The position numbers and the translations under genes were made by a program. DNA of 49,157 bases from the IMG/VR virus record IMGVR_UViG_3300024981_000005. The stretch is one strand, 5' to 3'. The first letter of the stretch is position 1; each line of letters begins with the position of its first letter. This stretch comes from a virus. Below, in pieces: positions 25,783-33,766 of this stretch. Below the pieces are notes generated by a model. The model was not told the origin of the DNA and did no database searches. It was given only the letters and a program-made list of their open reading frames with translations.

Positions 25783-26295
25783 TCACGGTGCGGGGCTCCT
25801 GTAGATGGCGTAGTGGTCGTCGCAATAGGCGAGGCCGTCGGGCCGTCTCTCGACGTGGCAGTTGCAGAACAGGCTCTTGCCGCCCACCGTCACCGGCCAG
25901 CGACAACCGCGCTCGGCGCGGTCCATGAGGGGCTTCGGCTCGGACCCGGGGAGCGGTTGCCAGGCAGGGGCGTTGAACAGCTCCTGCTCGGTTTGCGGGG
26001 ACACGCGGACGATGGTCACCTGTCTGTCCGGCGAGCCCTTGACGTTGCGCCCCCGGACGCGGGACGTTGCCCGCGCCAAGAGCCGGGCTTCCCTGTCCGG
26101 GCGCCGGTAGAGTTTGATCTGGCCCTTCGAACGATGGATGACGCCGATGACGGCGTTGCGCGAAGCGCCCGGGATCGCGGCTGCGATCTGCGAGGCCGAC
26201 ATCTGATCTTCGTGGGCGAGCTGCTTCACCCGGTCGTACCGGGCTTTGCGGTCCATCAGCAGCCAGACATCTTCGACGGGGTGAGTGGCGTCCAT
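25783..26295 (-). CDS. gcrA: GcrA-like cell-cycle transcription regulator homologue
   Basis: N-terminal MSASQIAAAIPGASRNAVIGVIHR (compare GcrA LSASQIAAELGGVTRNAVIGKVHR). The C-terminus has CRWPV...FCNC...YCDDH, matching the GcrA C.WP...FC...YC..H pattern. Confidence 0.8.
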   Translation of the reverse strand: MDATHPVEDVWLLMDRKARYDRVKQLAHEDQMSASQIAAAIPGASRNAVIGVIHRSKGQIKLYRRPDREARLLARATSRVRGRNVKGSPDRQVTIVRVSPQTEQELFNAPAWQPLPGSEPKPLMDRAERGCRWPVTVGGKSLFCNCHVERRPDGLAYCDDHYAIYRSPAP

Positions 26296-26300
26296 GTTGG

Positions 26301-27020
26301 TCAGCCTTGCTCCGGAGCCACCGCCACGAACGGGCGTTTCGTCTCGTCACAGACGCCGAGGAGGAAGGCGCCGTATGCTTTCCAGAACTTGGACCCCGCC
26401 GCCCCATCCATCGCCGCGATCTTCCGTGCGCTGAACCCACGCCAGTCCGCGATGGGGTGCATCTGGCAACCAATCGCCATGTGGGCATCAGTGATAGTCA
26501 CATTGTAGGTGATGCCGCTAACAACGATTACGGGCGCGGACACCCGGGCGTCGCCCCACACCTGAGCGTTGCCCAACACCTGAGCGTTGCCCAACACCTG
26601 AGCGTTGCCCAACACCCGAGCGTCGCCCGACACCCGGGCGTTGCCCAACACCCGAGCGTCGCCCGACACCCAAGCGTCGCCCGACACCTGAGCGTTGCCC
26701 AACACCCGAGCGTCGCCCGACACCCAAGCGTCGCCCGACACCTGAGCGTTGCCCAACACCCGAGCGTCGCCCGACACCCGGGCGTCGCCCGACACCCAAG
26801 CGTCGCCCGACACCTGAGCGTTGCCCGACACCTGAGCGTTGCCCGACACCCAAGCGTTATCCAACTGGCTCAGGTTCGCTTCTGACGCCACCCAGCCACC
26901 CAACGCACCGGCTACCACCGTGCCGAACGATACCAGCGCCTCGATGCGGTGCAGCGTGACCCCGAAAACCACCTTCGTCTCACGGGTCAGCCGATACTTC
27001 TTCTTCGTCTTGATTGCCAT
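26301..27020 (-). CDS. Hexapeptide-repeat (left-handed beta-helix type) protein of unknown function
   Basis: ATG at 27020 follows AAGGAT. The N-terminal region LHRIEALVSFGTVVAGALGGWVASEANLS is followed by 17-18 consecutive G(N/D)A(Q/R/W)V(S/L) hexapeptides. Confidence 0.75.
   Translation of the reverse strand: MAIKTKKKYRLTRETKVVFGVTLHRIEALVSFGTVVAGALGGWVASEANLSQLDNAWVSGNAQVSGNAQVSGDAWVSGDARVSGDARVLGNAQVSGDAWVSGDARVLGNAQVSGDAWVSGDARVLGNARVSGDARVLGNAQVLGNAQVLGNAQVWGDARVSAPVIVVSGITYNVTITDAHMAIGCQMHPIADWRGFSARKIAAMDGAAGSKFWKAYGAFLLGVCDETKRPFVAVAPEQG
26539..26862 (-). repeat. About 18 tandem 18-bp units with a 54-bp higher-order periodicity; this is the coding sequence for the hexapeptide repeats
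   Basis: Read directly; the units differ at only 1-4 positions. Confidence 0.95.
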
Positions 27021-27082
27021 TTTGCTCGATCCTTTTCCCGATGGCTGTCCTGTCCATCTGGCGGCCATCCTCGCGTTGTTTT

Positions 27083-27097
27083 GTCGGTTTCGTCAAG
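27083..27097 (-). promoter_or_regulatory. Copy of the recurrent box TTGACGAAACCGACA (promoter -35/operator-like) upstream of the hexapeptide/GcrA/small-gene block
   Basis: The reverse complement of TGTCGGTTTCGTCAA. It shares TTGAC(A/G)A(A/T)A(C/G)CG(A/T)CA with 37328, 37419 and 43944. Confidence 0.45.
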
Positions 27098-27126
27098 CAT
27101 CAAAAACAACAAAAGCAACAACGAGG

Positions 27127-29097
27127 TCATTTTTTATAGCGGTCGCCCGCCCATCCGGCGGCATCGACCGGCAGTCCCTTTGCCCAAACAGGCGGCAACT
27201 TCATCGCGCGGAGCAGGTGCTTGAGCGACGTGTCCGCCGTCGCTGCCGGGGCTTCGCAAATCATCTCGTCGTGGACCAGCAGCTCGGGCCGCAAGCCCAA
27301 ATGCTCAGCCCGCTGGGTGGCGAGCGCCATGATGTCGCGGGCGACGGCCTGCGTGATGTTCTCGACCAGCTTGCCGCCGTAGGTGCGTTGCCGCTTCCAC
27401 TTCCGCGTGTACTGGTCCACTCCCATGTAGGTGATGCCGACGCGGCCCAGCTCGTCTGTTTCGAGGCGGGCGTCGCGATAGACCAACTTGCGCCCGGAGG
27501 GCAGCTTGATCAGCAGATGCCCGCGCCACATGGCGAAGGACACCGGCCCGACGTTGTAGCTCGCGCTGGCGCCATTGATGGCCGACTGGAGCACAGCCTT
27601 GGCGGCGGCGTCGCAGTCCCACCAGAACTGGACGATCATGCGGTTGTTGGCGCGCCACGTCTTGACGGCCTGCTCGGCAAACTCGTCTGTCAGGGCTAGG
27701 CCGTAGGTCTTGGCCGTGTCCTTGAACTTCCGCCAGGACATACCGAAGCCACAGGCGAGCACGAGGACTTTCCCGAGCTGGCGGTTGCTAGAACCATTCT
27801 GGCGAGCGGTGTAGGTGTAAACGTCGGGGCCGGTGCCCGCGTCATAGGCGCGGAAGGTGTCCAGAATGTCCGACTGACCGGCGAGCCACGCGACCACCCT
27901 CGCCTCGATCTGCGCGAAGTCAGCGACGACGAGCTTGTTGCCGGGCTTCGCGACGATGCACCCACGTAGGGCGCTGGACACGATCCCGAGGAGCGGCCCG
28001 AAGAACGCCTCCAAGAGGTCATCCGACATGCCGTTCGCGATTGCCTCAAGAGCTTGCTCGATCAGCTTGACCGTGCCGCGCGGCATGTTCTGGAGCTGGA
28101 TCAGGCGCCCCGCCCAGCGGCCCGTGCGTGAGGCTCCATAGAACTGGAGGGCGCCCCGGGCGCGGCCATCGTGGCGGGACGCCTCGATCATGGCGTTGAG
28201 CTTGGCCGTGCTCGTCTTCGCGCCGTCCAGGCGCAGCTCCAAAATCTCGCGCTCGTGGTCGGGCGTGCTCGGATCATCGAGCCGCTGCTGCACGGTATCT
28301 TTCTTGAGGTTCGCGATGGGCGAGCCAATGGACGTGAGATAGGTCTGGAGCGCGGCGGTGCTCGTGATGGTCTTCACCGCGCCGTTGGTGAGCTGTTCGA
28401 CGTAGGAGTTGGTGTCGGCGCCAGCCCGGGAAGCCATCCCCTTGAGCGTGTCCACCATGTCCAGATCTACCTGGACACCGCGCTCGTTGATCTTCTGGTC
28501 TAGTTCCCAGAGCGCCTGTTCTTCTTCGGGCAGCGCGGGGATCAGCGCGCCTACCGACGCTTCGGTCACAACGTCCTGATCGCAGTAGTCTTGCAGACGA
28601 TCCAGCTTTGCCGGGTCTTCCTCGTGCCACCACGACAAGCCCGACTTCGTGCGCCGGGGTTTGTTCATCTGCATCATCAGCCTGTGGCCGTCCTTGTCCT
28701 TCCAGAACTCGGGCGGCAGGCCGACGGCTTTCGCGGCTTCATCGAGCGAGAGGGGCAAGCCCCAATAGGCGGCCCGCGCCATCGTGTCCCGGAGCTGGCC
28801 GACCTCAAGCGGGCACAGCTCGGGATGCTGACGAAGGAGCACGTAGTTCCAGATGACAAGCTCGAAGCCCACGTTCCAGCCGTGGACATGGCGACGACGC
28901 GCGACGTGATCTGCTAGTTCTTGGGGGAACGGCTCGCCGGGCTTCCAGCGTTTGACCTTCGCGCCCTCGAAGGCGTAGCTCAGGCACAGGATGCGCGTGT
29001 CCGGATGGCGGGCATACTCGTGTGCGCCCGTCTTCCGGAGGTCGAGAGTGCTGGCCGTCTCGAAATCAATGGAAACGGCGCTGGGCACGAATGTCAT
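27127..29097 (-). CDS. Family A DNA polymerase with a 3'-5' exonuclease domain
   Basis: Exonuclease motifs SIDFETAS, HGWNVGFELVIW and YCDQDVVTE. Polymerase motif A DFAQIEARVVAWL, motif B RQLGKVLVLACGFGMS and motif C LLVHDEMICE. The start ATG 29097 (MTFVPSA) is chosen because the upstream part of the track ORF is off-frame. Confidence 0.92.
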   Translation of the reverse strand: MTFVPSAVSIDFETASTLDLRKTGAHEYARHPDTRILCLSYAFEGAKVKRWKPGEPFPQELADHVARRRHVHGWNVGFELVIWNYVLLRQHPELCPLEVGQLRDTMARAAYWGLPLSLDEAAKAVGLPPEFWKDKDGHRLMMQMNKPRRTKSGLSWWHEEDPAKLDRLQDYCDQDVVTEASVGALIPALPEEEQALWELDQKINERGVQVDLDMVDTLKGMASRAGADTNSYVEQLTNGAVKTITSTAALQTYLTSIGSPIANLKKDTVQQRLDDPSTPDHEREILELRLDGAKTSTAKLNAMIEASRHDGRARGALQFYGASRTGRWAGRLIQLQNMPRGTVKLIEQALEAIANGMSDDLLEAFFGPLLGIVSSALRGCIVAKPGNKLVVADFAQIEARVVAWLAGQSDILDTFRAYDAGTGPDVYTYTARQNGSSNRQLGKVLVLACGFGMSWRKFKDTAKTYGLALTDEFAEQAVKTWRANNRMIVQFWWDCDAAAKAVLQSAINGASASYNVGPVSFAMWRGHLLIKLPSGRKLVYRDARLETDELGRVGITYMGVDQYTRKWKRQRTYGGKLVENITQAVARDIMALATQRAEHLGLRPELLVHDEMICEAPAATADTSLKHLLRAMKLPPVWAKGLPVDAAGWAGDRYKK

Positions 29098-29410
29098 TCC
29101 AATCGGGCTTCTCGAACTCGGGTTCGTTCTCCTCGATCGGGTAGACCGTGATGAGGTCGCCAAAGCCCGGCTGGAACACCCAAAGGTGCTCCATGAAGAA
29201 CAGGTAGTCCGTGGCCTGCGGGTGCAGCGTCCGCTTATGCTGGACAAGGATTTGCACCCACATCGGCATCTGGCTCTCGCGCAGGCCTTCGATCCGGGCG
29301 CGGTCCACCATGCGGGCGATCGCCCGAGCCTTGATCTTGACGCGCTTACGCAGCCGCCTCATGCCGTGGACGGTCGAGCCGCGTTCGTAGCGGTTCGGGA
29401 CATGGCGCAT
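29066..29410 (-). CDS. Hypothetical protein (114 aa)
   Basis: GGGAGAG lies before ATG 29410; the gene overlaps the polymerase start by 32 nt. Confidence 0.55.
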   Translation of the reverse strand: MRHVPNRYERGSTVHGMRRLRKRVKIKARAIARMVDRARIEGLRESQMPMWVQILVQHKRTLHPQATDYLFFMEHLWVFQPGFGDLITVYPIEENEPEFEKPDWNDIRAQRRFH

Positions 29411-29413
29411 GGG

Positions 29414-30007
29414 TCACTCTCCCTCGCGCCCACGGACGGCACTTAGCCCGGCGGGGCCGACCTGTCCGACGAAGGTGGTGTCCCCGGCCTCGCGCGCAGC
29501 GAGCCCGCGAAGGTCGGCGCCGCCGGTCAGCGGAAGTTCGAGCTGTTCGCCGCCCTCGCGGGCCGCCTGCTCACGGGCAACCTCGTCACGGACAGCCTCG
29601 ACCCACGCCTCGGCGTCGAGGCGGGACTTGATGACTTCGTGCAGGTAGCCGGACACGTTGAACAGGAGCCCGCACAGGGCGACCTCCAGCGGCTCCAGCG
29701 CGATCTTCTTCCAGCCCCGGTGGATCGTCCACCAGTCGAAGAAGTGACGGAAGCCGGACTTCATGTAGCTGTCGCGCGGCATCCCCTTCTGCCAGTTGTC
29801 GCCGTCGCGGAGGGAACCGTCAGCCAGCTTGCGCTTGCCATGCATGTATTGCGCGAACCGCTCCATCACGAGCGGCGAGAAGAAGCCCTCGTAGTCGAGC
29901 TTGCTGGCGTCCACGTCGCGGGTCGCGCCAGTGGCAAAGGTGCGGACCAACGGCCCTTGTCCGGGAGCGTTCGCCCAAGGGGTGTCAGTCGGCTGCGGGT
30001 TCGTCAT
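29414..30007 (-). CDS. DUF5664-like protein (the N-terminal domain type of phage dATP/dGTP diphosphohydrolases)
   Basis: GGAGGAA lies before ATG 30007. The pattern FATGATRDVDASKLDYEGFFSPLVMERFAQYMHGKR...DGDNWQKGMP...SGFRHFFDW matches the family signature as I recall it (F.tGA.RD...K...L.sP...r.a..m..G..KY...NW.kG.p...S..RH). Confidence 0.6.
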   Translation of the reverse strand: MTNPQPTDTPWANAPGQGPLVRTFATGATRDVDASKLDYEGFFSPLVMERFAQYMHGKRKLADGSLRDGDNWQKGMPRDSYMKSGFRHFFDWWTIHRGWKKIALEPLEVALCGLLFNVSGYLHEVIKSRLDAEAWVEAVRDEVAREQAAREGGEQLELPLTGGADLRGLAAREAGDTTFVGQVGPAGLSAVRGREGE

Positions 30008-30257
30008 CGAATTTCCTCCAGTCGGAGTGATTGCGGTCGAAGGCGCGGAGGATGGTCTTCGCGTGCTTGTTGGTTGCGCCTCGGGGGACACCGCCGATCA
30101 GCGGCGGGACCGTGCGGACGGTCCACTCATCGGGGGAGCCCTCGCGTCCGTGGATGGCGTCGGCTTCGCTGACAGCCTCGGCCCTCACGTCGAAGCCCTG
30201 CTTCGTCCAGAAGTCCTCGATCTGCCGTGCGATGCGCTCTGCTTGGTGCTGCTGCAT
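29985..30257 (-). CDS. Hypothetical protein (90 aa)
   Basis: AAGGA lies 7 nt before ATG 30257. Confidence 0.55.
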   Translation of the reverse strand: MQQHQAERIARQIEDFWTKQGFDVRAEAVSEADAIHGREGSPDEWTVRTVPPLIGGVPRGATNKHAKTILRAFDRNHSDWRKFDDEPAAD

Positions 30258-30348
30258 GTGGGTGTCCTTGGGTAATCCCACCCCCGCCAGCTCCTCCGGC
30301 TCTCGTGTCCGGCTGGCGCTGGCGGGCGTGTTGACGTTCCAGTGGCGA

Positions 30349-30984
30349 CTAGAACGGCATATCGTCGGGGGCGATGCCGCCCGAGGACGGCGCCTGCCCG
30401 GGCGTGATGCCCAGCGCGGCGAGCTGCGAGTTGTCCACGCTCTCGAACGCCTTGGCCGCCGAGCGGCGACCGTCGATGCGCGGCATGTCCGCCTTCACGA
30501 TCTGGACGTGCTCCAGGGCGAACGAGACGCCCTTGTTGCCCGAGTTGTCGTAGGCGAAGGCGCGGACGGTGGCGCGCCCGAGCTGACCCGACCAGACATC
30601 GCCGGGGACCGTGATATCCTGCCCATTGATGTCCACGACACCGGGGGCTTTCTTGTCGCCGGGGCTCCACGGGTTGATGTAGACCGTGAAGTTCTCGAAG
30701 CCCGAGTATTCCTTCTCGCTCGCATTGCGGAAGGGGAGGCGGATCGAGCGCATGAACGCCGGGTCAGCAGCCTTCACCGCACCGAACTTGTCGGTCGCGG
30801 CGGCGACGACAGCCGAGCGCAGGTCCTGGTACTGCGTGGTCTTCATCGCGGTGTCATCGAAGCCGAGGATGACCGAGAAGCGCGGCTTGCCGCCGTCGGC
30901 GGCGGGCTTGGCGACGAACAGCGTGTCGGCAAAGCAGAGCGTGCCAATGGGCGTCATCGCCAGGGTCTTGGGGTTGGAGGCCAA
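30349..30984 (-). CDS. DUF2815-type single-stranded DNA-binding protein
   Basis: TTG start follows GAGGAA. The acidic C-terminal tip GGIAPDDMPF is as in SSBs, and the gene lies in the usual context with a DUF2800 nuclease and a family-A polymerase. Confidence 0.7.
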   Translation of the reverse strand: MASNPKTLAMTPIGTLCFADTLFVAKPAADGGKPRFSVILGFDDTAMKTTQYQDLRSAVVAAATDKFGAVKAADPAFMRSIRLPFRNASEKEYSGFENFTVYINPWSPGDKKAPGVVDINGQDITVPGDVWSGQLGRATVRAFAYDNSGNKGVSFALEHVQIVKADMPRIDGRRSAAKAFESVDNSQLAALGITPGQAPSSGGIAPDDMPF

Positions 30985-31075
30985 TTACTATTTCCTCAGA
31001 GTTGTGTGCCGGTGCCGAGTTGCGCGACGTGAGCAACTAATGACGCAGCGGCGAAACAGGTTCGGGGTCGGCCTC

Positions 31076-32428
31076 CTAATCGGCGTTGGGTGAGGGGAGG
31101 GTGGGTGCGAAGGCTTCCTGCGCCGAGCGGCCCTGCTGGACACGAGTGCGAGGATCGCCCTCGGGGGCGAGCGTGACGCCGCCGCTGGTGCTGGTCACAA
31201 GGCCGAGCTGATCCATGAGCGCTTTGAACGCCTTCTTGCCCAGCAGCCTCTCCGTCTGCGCGGGCGAGCGCAGGCGCGTCTCGGTGTAGAGGCCGGGTGC
31301 GAGCCCGGCGTTGTGCAGGGCGGCCACGATCTTGGGCTCGTCGTCGGCCCACACGCGGCGCGGGCGGGTCGGAACCAGCTTCCAGCCCATGCCCGGGCGG
31401 GACGACGCCCTGAGCCTGTCCGCAGCGAGGGTTTCGAGCGCGGCGAAGTAGGGCTTGATGATCGCGAGCTTGTCGAGCAGTTCGCCCAGCTTCTTGTCTG
31501 AGATGTGTGTGTCCGGCAGCGCGGCGAGCGCGTCGGTGTTGGTCGGCACACTCGTGGGGTCCGCGCCGTTCGCGACGGCCACGTTGGCGGCGGGCACGTT
31601 CTTGAATGCGTCCTTGGCCGCGTCGAGCGAGAACTTTTCGGCGGCCTTGCAGTGAGGCAGCGCCGGGCAGAAGCGGCAGTGCTCGCCGGGTTGGAAGGTC
31701 GTGCCGTTGTCGTTGATCGCCCGTTCGACGCCCTGGTAGAGCGGCCCGCGCGCCCAATCATGGACCTCCTGCCCGCTGTAGCTGGCGCGCCGGATCGGGC
31801 CGTCGGGGTGGTAGGCGCGGGGCTGAACGACGATTGTCTCGATCTCGCTGGGCGTCCAGCCGTCGGGCAGGGCCGCGTAGCCGTGTTGGGAGAGCAGGTA
31901 GTTCAGCAGCTCGCGCGAGAAGGCGCCCGCTGCGTAGTAGAGGAGCTGGGGGTTGCCGGTGGCCTCGACGGCGATGCCTCGCCCGAACTTGAGGTCCACA
32001 ATGATCAGCTTGCCGGTCTGCGGGTGGAACGCGATGCAGTCCGCCGTGCCGAACAGATCAATGCCGAGGGGTGGGAGTCCGCTCCAATGGATCATCGGGG
32101 AGACGCGCGTCTCCAGCAGGATGATGTATCCCAGCGCCATGAGGCCGCGCACGAAGTCCACATAGGCTTGCACGTTGTCCGAGAAATCTTCGTCGGGCGT
32201 GAACTCGAAACCGTCCGCGTGGAACGTCCGCCCGATCAGGTCTGCCGGGTTCGAACCTGCGAACAGCGCGGCCTCGGATACGGAGTGGGCGAGAGTGCCT
32301 TCGGCGGAGAACTCGGTCGAGCGACGCTCGCCGGTGTCCACGGCCTGCCCGAGCGCATACGATCCCGAACACGCGAGGAGCCGGTGCGCCGAGCTGGCGG
32401 GGAATGCACTGTGTCCGGTGTTTGCCAT
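31076..32428 (-). CDS. DUF2800-type PD-(D/E)XK (Cas4/RecB-like) nuclease
   Basis: The N-terminus FPASSAHRLLACSGSY matches the DUF2800 signature (sPSsa.RwL.CpgS). The gene has ATGA coupling with the upstream gene. Confidence 0.7.
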   Translation of the reverse strand: MANTGHSAFPASSAHRLLACSGSYALGQAVDTGERRSTEFSAEGTLAHSVSEAALFAGSNPADLIGRTFHADGFEFTPDEDFSDNVQAYVDFVRGLMALGYIILLETRVSPMIHWSGLPPLGIDLFGTADCIAFHPQTGKLIIVDLKFGRGIAVEATGNPQLLYYAAGAFSRELLNYLLSQHGYAALPDGWTPSEIETIVVQPRAYHPDGPIRRASYSGQEVHDWARGPLYQGVERAINDNGTTFQPGEHCRFCPALPHCKAAEKFSLDAAKDAFKNVPAANVAVANGADPTSVPTNTDALAALPDTHISDKKLGELLDKLAIIKPYFAALETLAADRLRASSRPGMGWKLVPTRPRRVWADDEPKIVAALHNAGLAPGLYTETRLRSPAQTERLLGKKAFKALMDQLGLVTSTSGGVTLAPEGDPRTRVQQGRSAQEAFAPTLPSPNAD

Positions 32429-32763
32429 CAGACGGGCTCTCCACGTTCGGCGCGCCACTTGGCGAGCCCTTCCGGGGTGGCCGTCGAGTTGGCCACGATG
32501 CTGTCGGGGTTGTCGTCAATCCACACGTCCGGGACGAAGCCCTGGCCGAAGTGGGTCAGATACCAGCGCTTGGCGACGCCGCGCGTGTAGAAGACCTCGC
32601 GCTTGCCTTCCAGGTTGCGGAGTGGGAGCGTCCGGTCGAGCACGGGGTCGCGGATCGTGACGATTGCGACCTCGTGTCCGTGCAGTTCGGCGGCGACCGC
32701 GACCTTCTCCCAGAACTCGGGGTCGAGGCTGTAGGTCTTGTCGTAGTCGAGCGCGATCCTCAT
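32428..32763 (-). CDS. Small HAD-superfamily phosphatase (nucleotidase-like)
   Basis: Motif I IALDYDKT (DxDxT) and motif IV WIDDNP. There is ATGA coupling at both ends. Confidence 0.6.
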   Translation of the reverse strand: MRIALDYDKTYSLDPEFWEKVAVAAELHGHEVAIVTIRDPVLDRTLPLRNLEGKREVFYTRGVAKRWYLTHFGQGFVPDVWIDDNPDSIVANSTATPEGLAKWRAERGEPV

Positions 32764-33101
32764 TGGGTCAGCACCATGCGGTGCGGCAGGCCCACCTTCT
32801 CTGACGTGGCGTTGAACTTGGCGGCAACCGCAAAGCTCAAATTGATCCCGGCGGCCTGCGCGATGAGGTCGGCGCAAATGACGACATCTGCCAGCTCCTC
32901 CGCCAGATGCTCAATCGTGTCGCGGGAGCCGCGAAGGCCAAGCCGCTCGCGTTCCAGCTTCTTGATGACGTTGCAGGCTTCGCCCACTTCACCCGCCATC
33001 TCATTGCCACGATAGGACAGGCTGATCTGGTTGCCGCTGTCCCACTGCTTCTGCCGCTCGGCGTTGGCCGTGGACAGGTCCGTGTAGGTGAAGTCGGTCA
33101 T
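32760..33101 (-). CDS. mazG: MazG-like all-alpha nucleoside triphosphate pyrophosphohydrolase
   Basis: EMAGEVGEACNVIKKLER and LAEELADVVICADLIAQAAGINL...KFNATS match the EExxE/ExxD MazG pattern. Confidence 0.75.
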   Translation of the reverse strand: MTDFTYTDLSTANAERQKQWDSGNQISLSYRGNEMAGEVGEACNVIKKLERERLGLRGSRDTIEHLAEELADVVICADLIAQAAGINLSFAVAAKFNATSEKVGLPHRMVLTQ

Positions 33102-33271
33102 GCAAGCCTCTTGGGTTCAGCGTCGGTGGCGCGCTGGTCGAGGACGCGCTGAATGACGAACTCGATCTGCCGCATGCCGCACTCGGCGTCGCGCCCTTCG
33201 CGCTTGATGGACACGGCGATGTCGTGGGACGAGATGACGGTGCCGTCTTCGAGGGTGACAGTGAACTTCAT
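33098..33271 (-). CDS. Hypothetical small protein (57 aa)
   Basis: ATG at 33271, with ATGA coupling to mazG. Confidence 0.5.
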   Translation of the reverse strand: MKFTVTLEDGTVISSHDIAVSIKREGRDAECGMRQIEFVIQRVLDQRATDAEPKRLA

Positions 33272-33272
33272 T

Positions 33273-33512
33273 CTACTCACCCAATCCCTCGATGCCGGTT
33301 CCGACGAAGACCTCAATCGGTGTGTCGTCGTCCTCGGGGGTGTATGTGCCGTCCGCGACCGCACGAGCGTCGAGGATGGCGTTCAGCGCCATGTCCAGCT
33401 CGCCCGGCAGAGGGTTGCCTTGGTTGGCCTTAGAGTAGGCGCGCAGTTCGGCGGAGCTGATCGTTTCCAGCTCGCACCCGTCGTTCACGACGATCACGTA
33501 TGGGAGGGTCAT
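33273..33512 (-). CDS. Hypothetical small acidic protein (79 aa)
   Basis: Track ORF starting at an ATG. Confidence 0.55.
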   Translation of the reverse strand: MTLPYVIVVNDGCELETISSAELRAYSKANQGNPLPGELDMALNAILDARAVADGTYTPEDDDTPIEVFVGTGIEGLGE

Positions 33513-33566
33513 TTGCTCGACTTCCCTTGGGGTTGAGGAGATTTGGTTGAACTCTGATTTGGTGCT

Positions 33567-33764
33567 TTAGTCGAGAAAATAAGCGACAAAAGCAACGACA
33601 ACCGCACTAAAGAAAACAGCGACTGCGATGCCCGAAATCCAGAGCGTGTCGGTGCCGAGGGCTTGGTCGGCAACGAGCGCCCACAGAGCGACGAGCGCGG
33701 CTGCTGCGCCCACGAGGGTGCAGACCCGGGAGAGAAACATGCGGACGTGATAGGGGAGGAGCAT
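33567..33764 (-). CDS. Small membrane protein (2 TM segments, 65 aa)
   Basis: Hydrophobic stretches VCTLVGAAAALVALWALVA and ISGIAVAVFFSAVVVAFVAYF. Confidence 0.55.
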   Translation of the reverse strand: MLLPYHVRMFLSRVCTLVGAAAALVALWALVADQALGTDTLWISGIAVAVFFSAVVVAFVAYFLD

Positions 33765-33766
33765 TT

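Noticed and set aside
26539-26862. A CRISPR-like array suggested by the regular 18-bp periodicity.
   Set aside because: The units are contiguous with no spacers, lie inside an ORF with a good start, and translate into a regular hexapeptide repeat.
30031-31032. 333-aa plus-strand ORF opposite the SSB gene, and 30996..31757 / 31505..32590 opposite or out of frame with the DUF2800 gene.
   Set aside because: These are Arg/Gly-rich translations without motifs. The minus strand encodes proteins with family signatures (the DDMPF tail, PSSAHR...C.GS) and coupled junctions.
27127-33101. A Z-genome (2-aminoadenine) or other hypermodification pathway, suggested by PolA together with the DUF5664-like, MazG and HAD proteins.
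   Set aside because: I saw no PurZ/adenylosuccinate-synthetase-like, thymidylate-synthase-like, glucosyltransferase or DatZ (HD) ORF anywhere in the circle. The hydrolases alone do not make a modified base.
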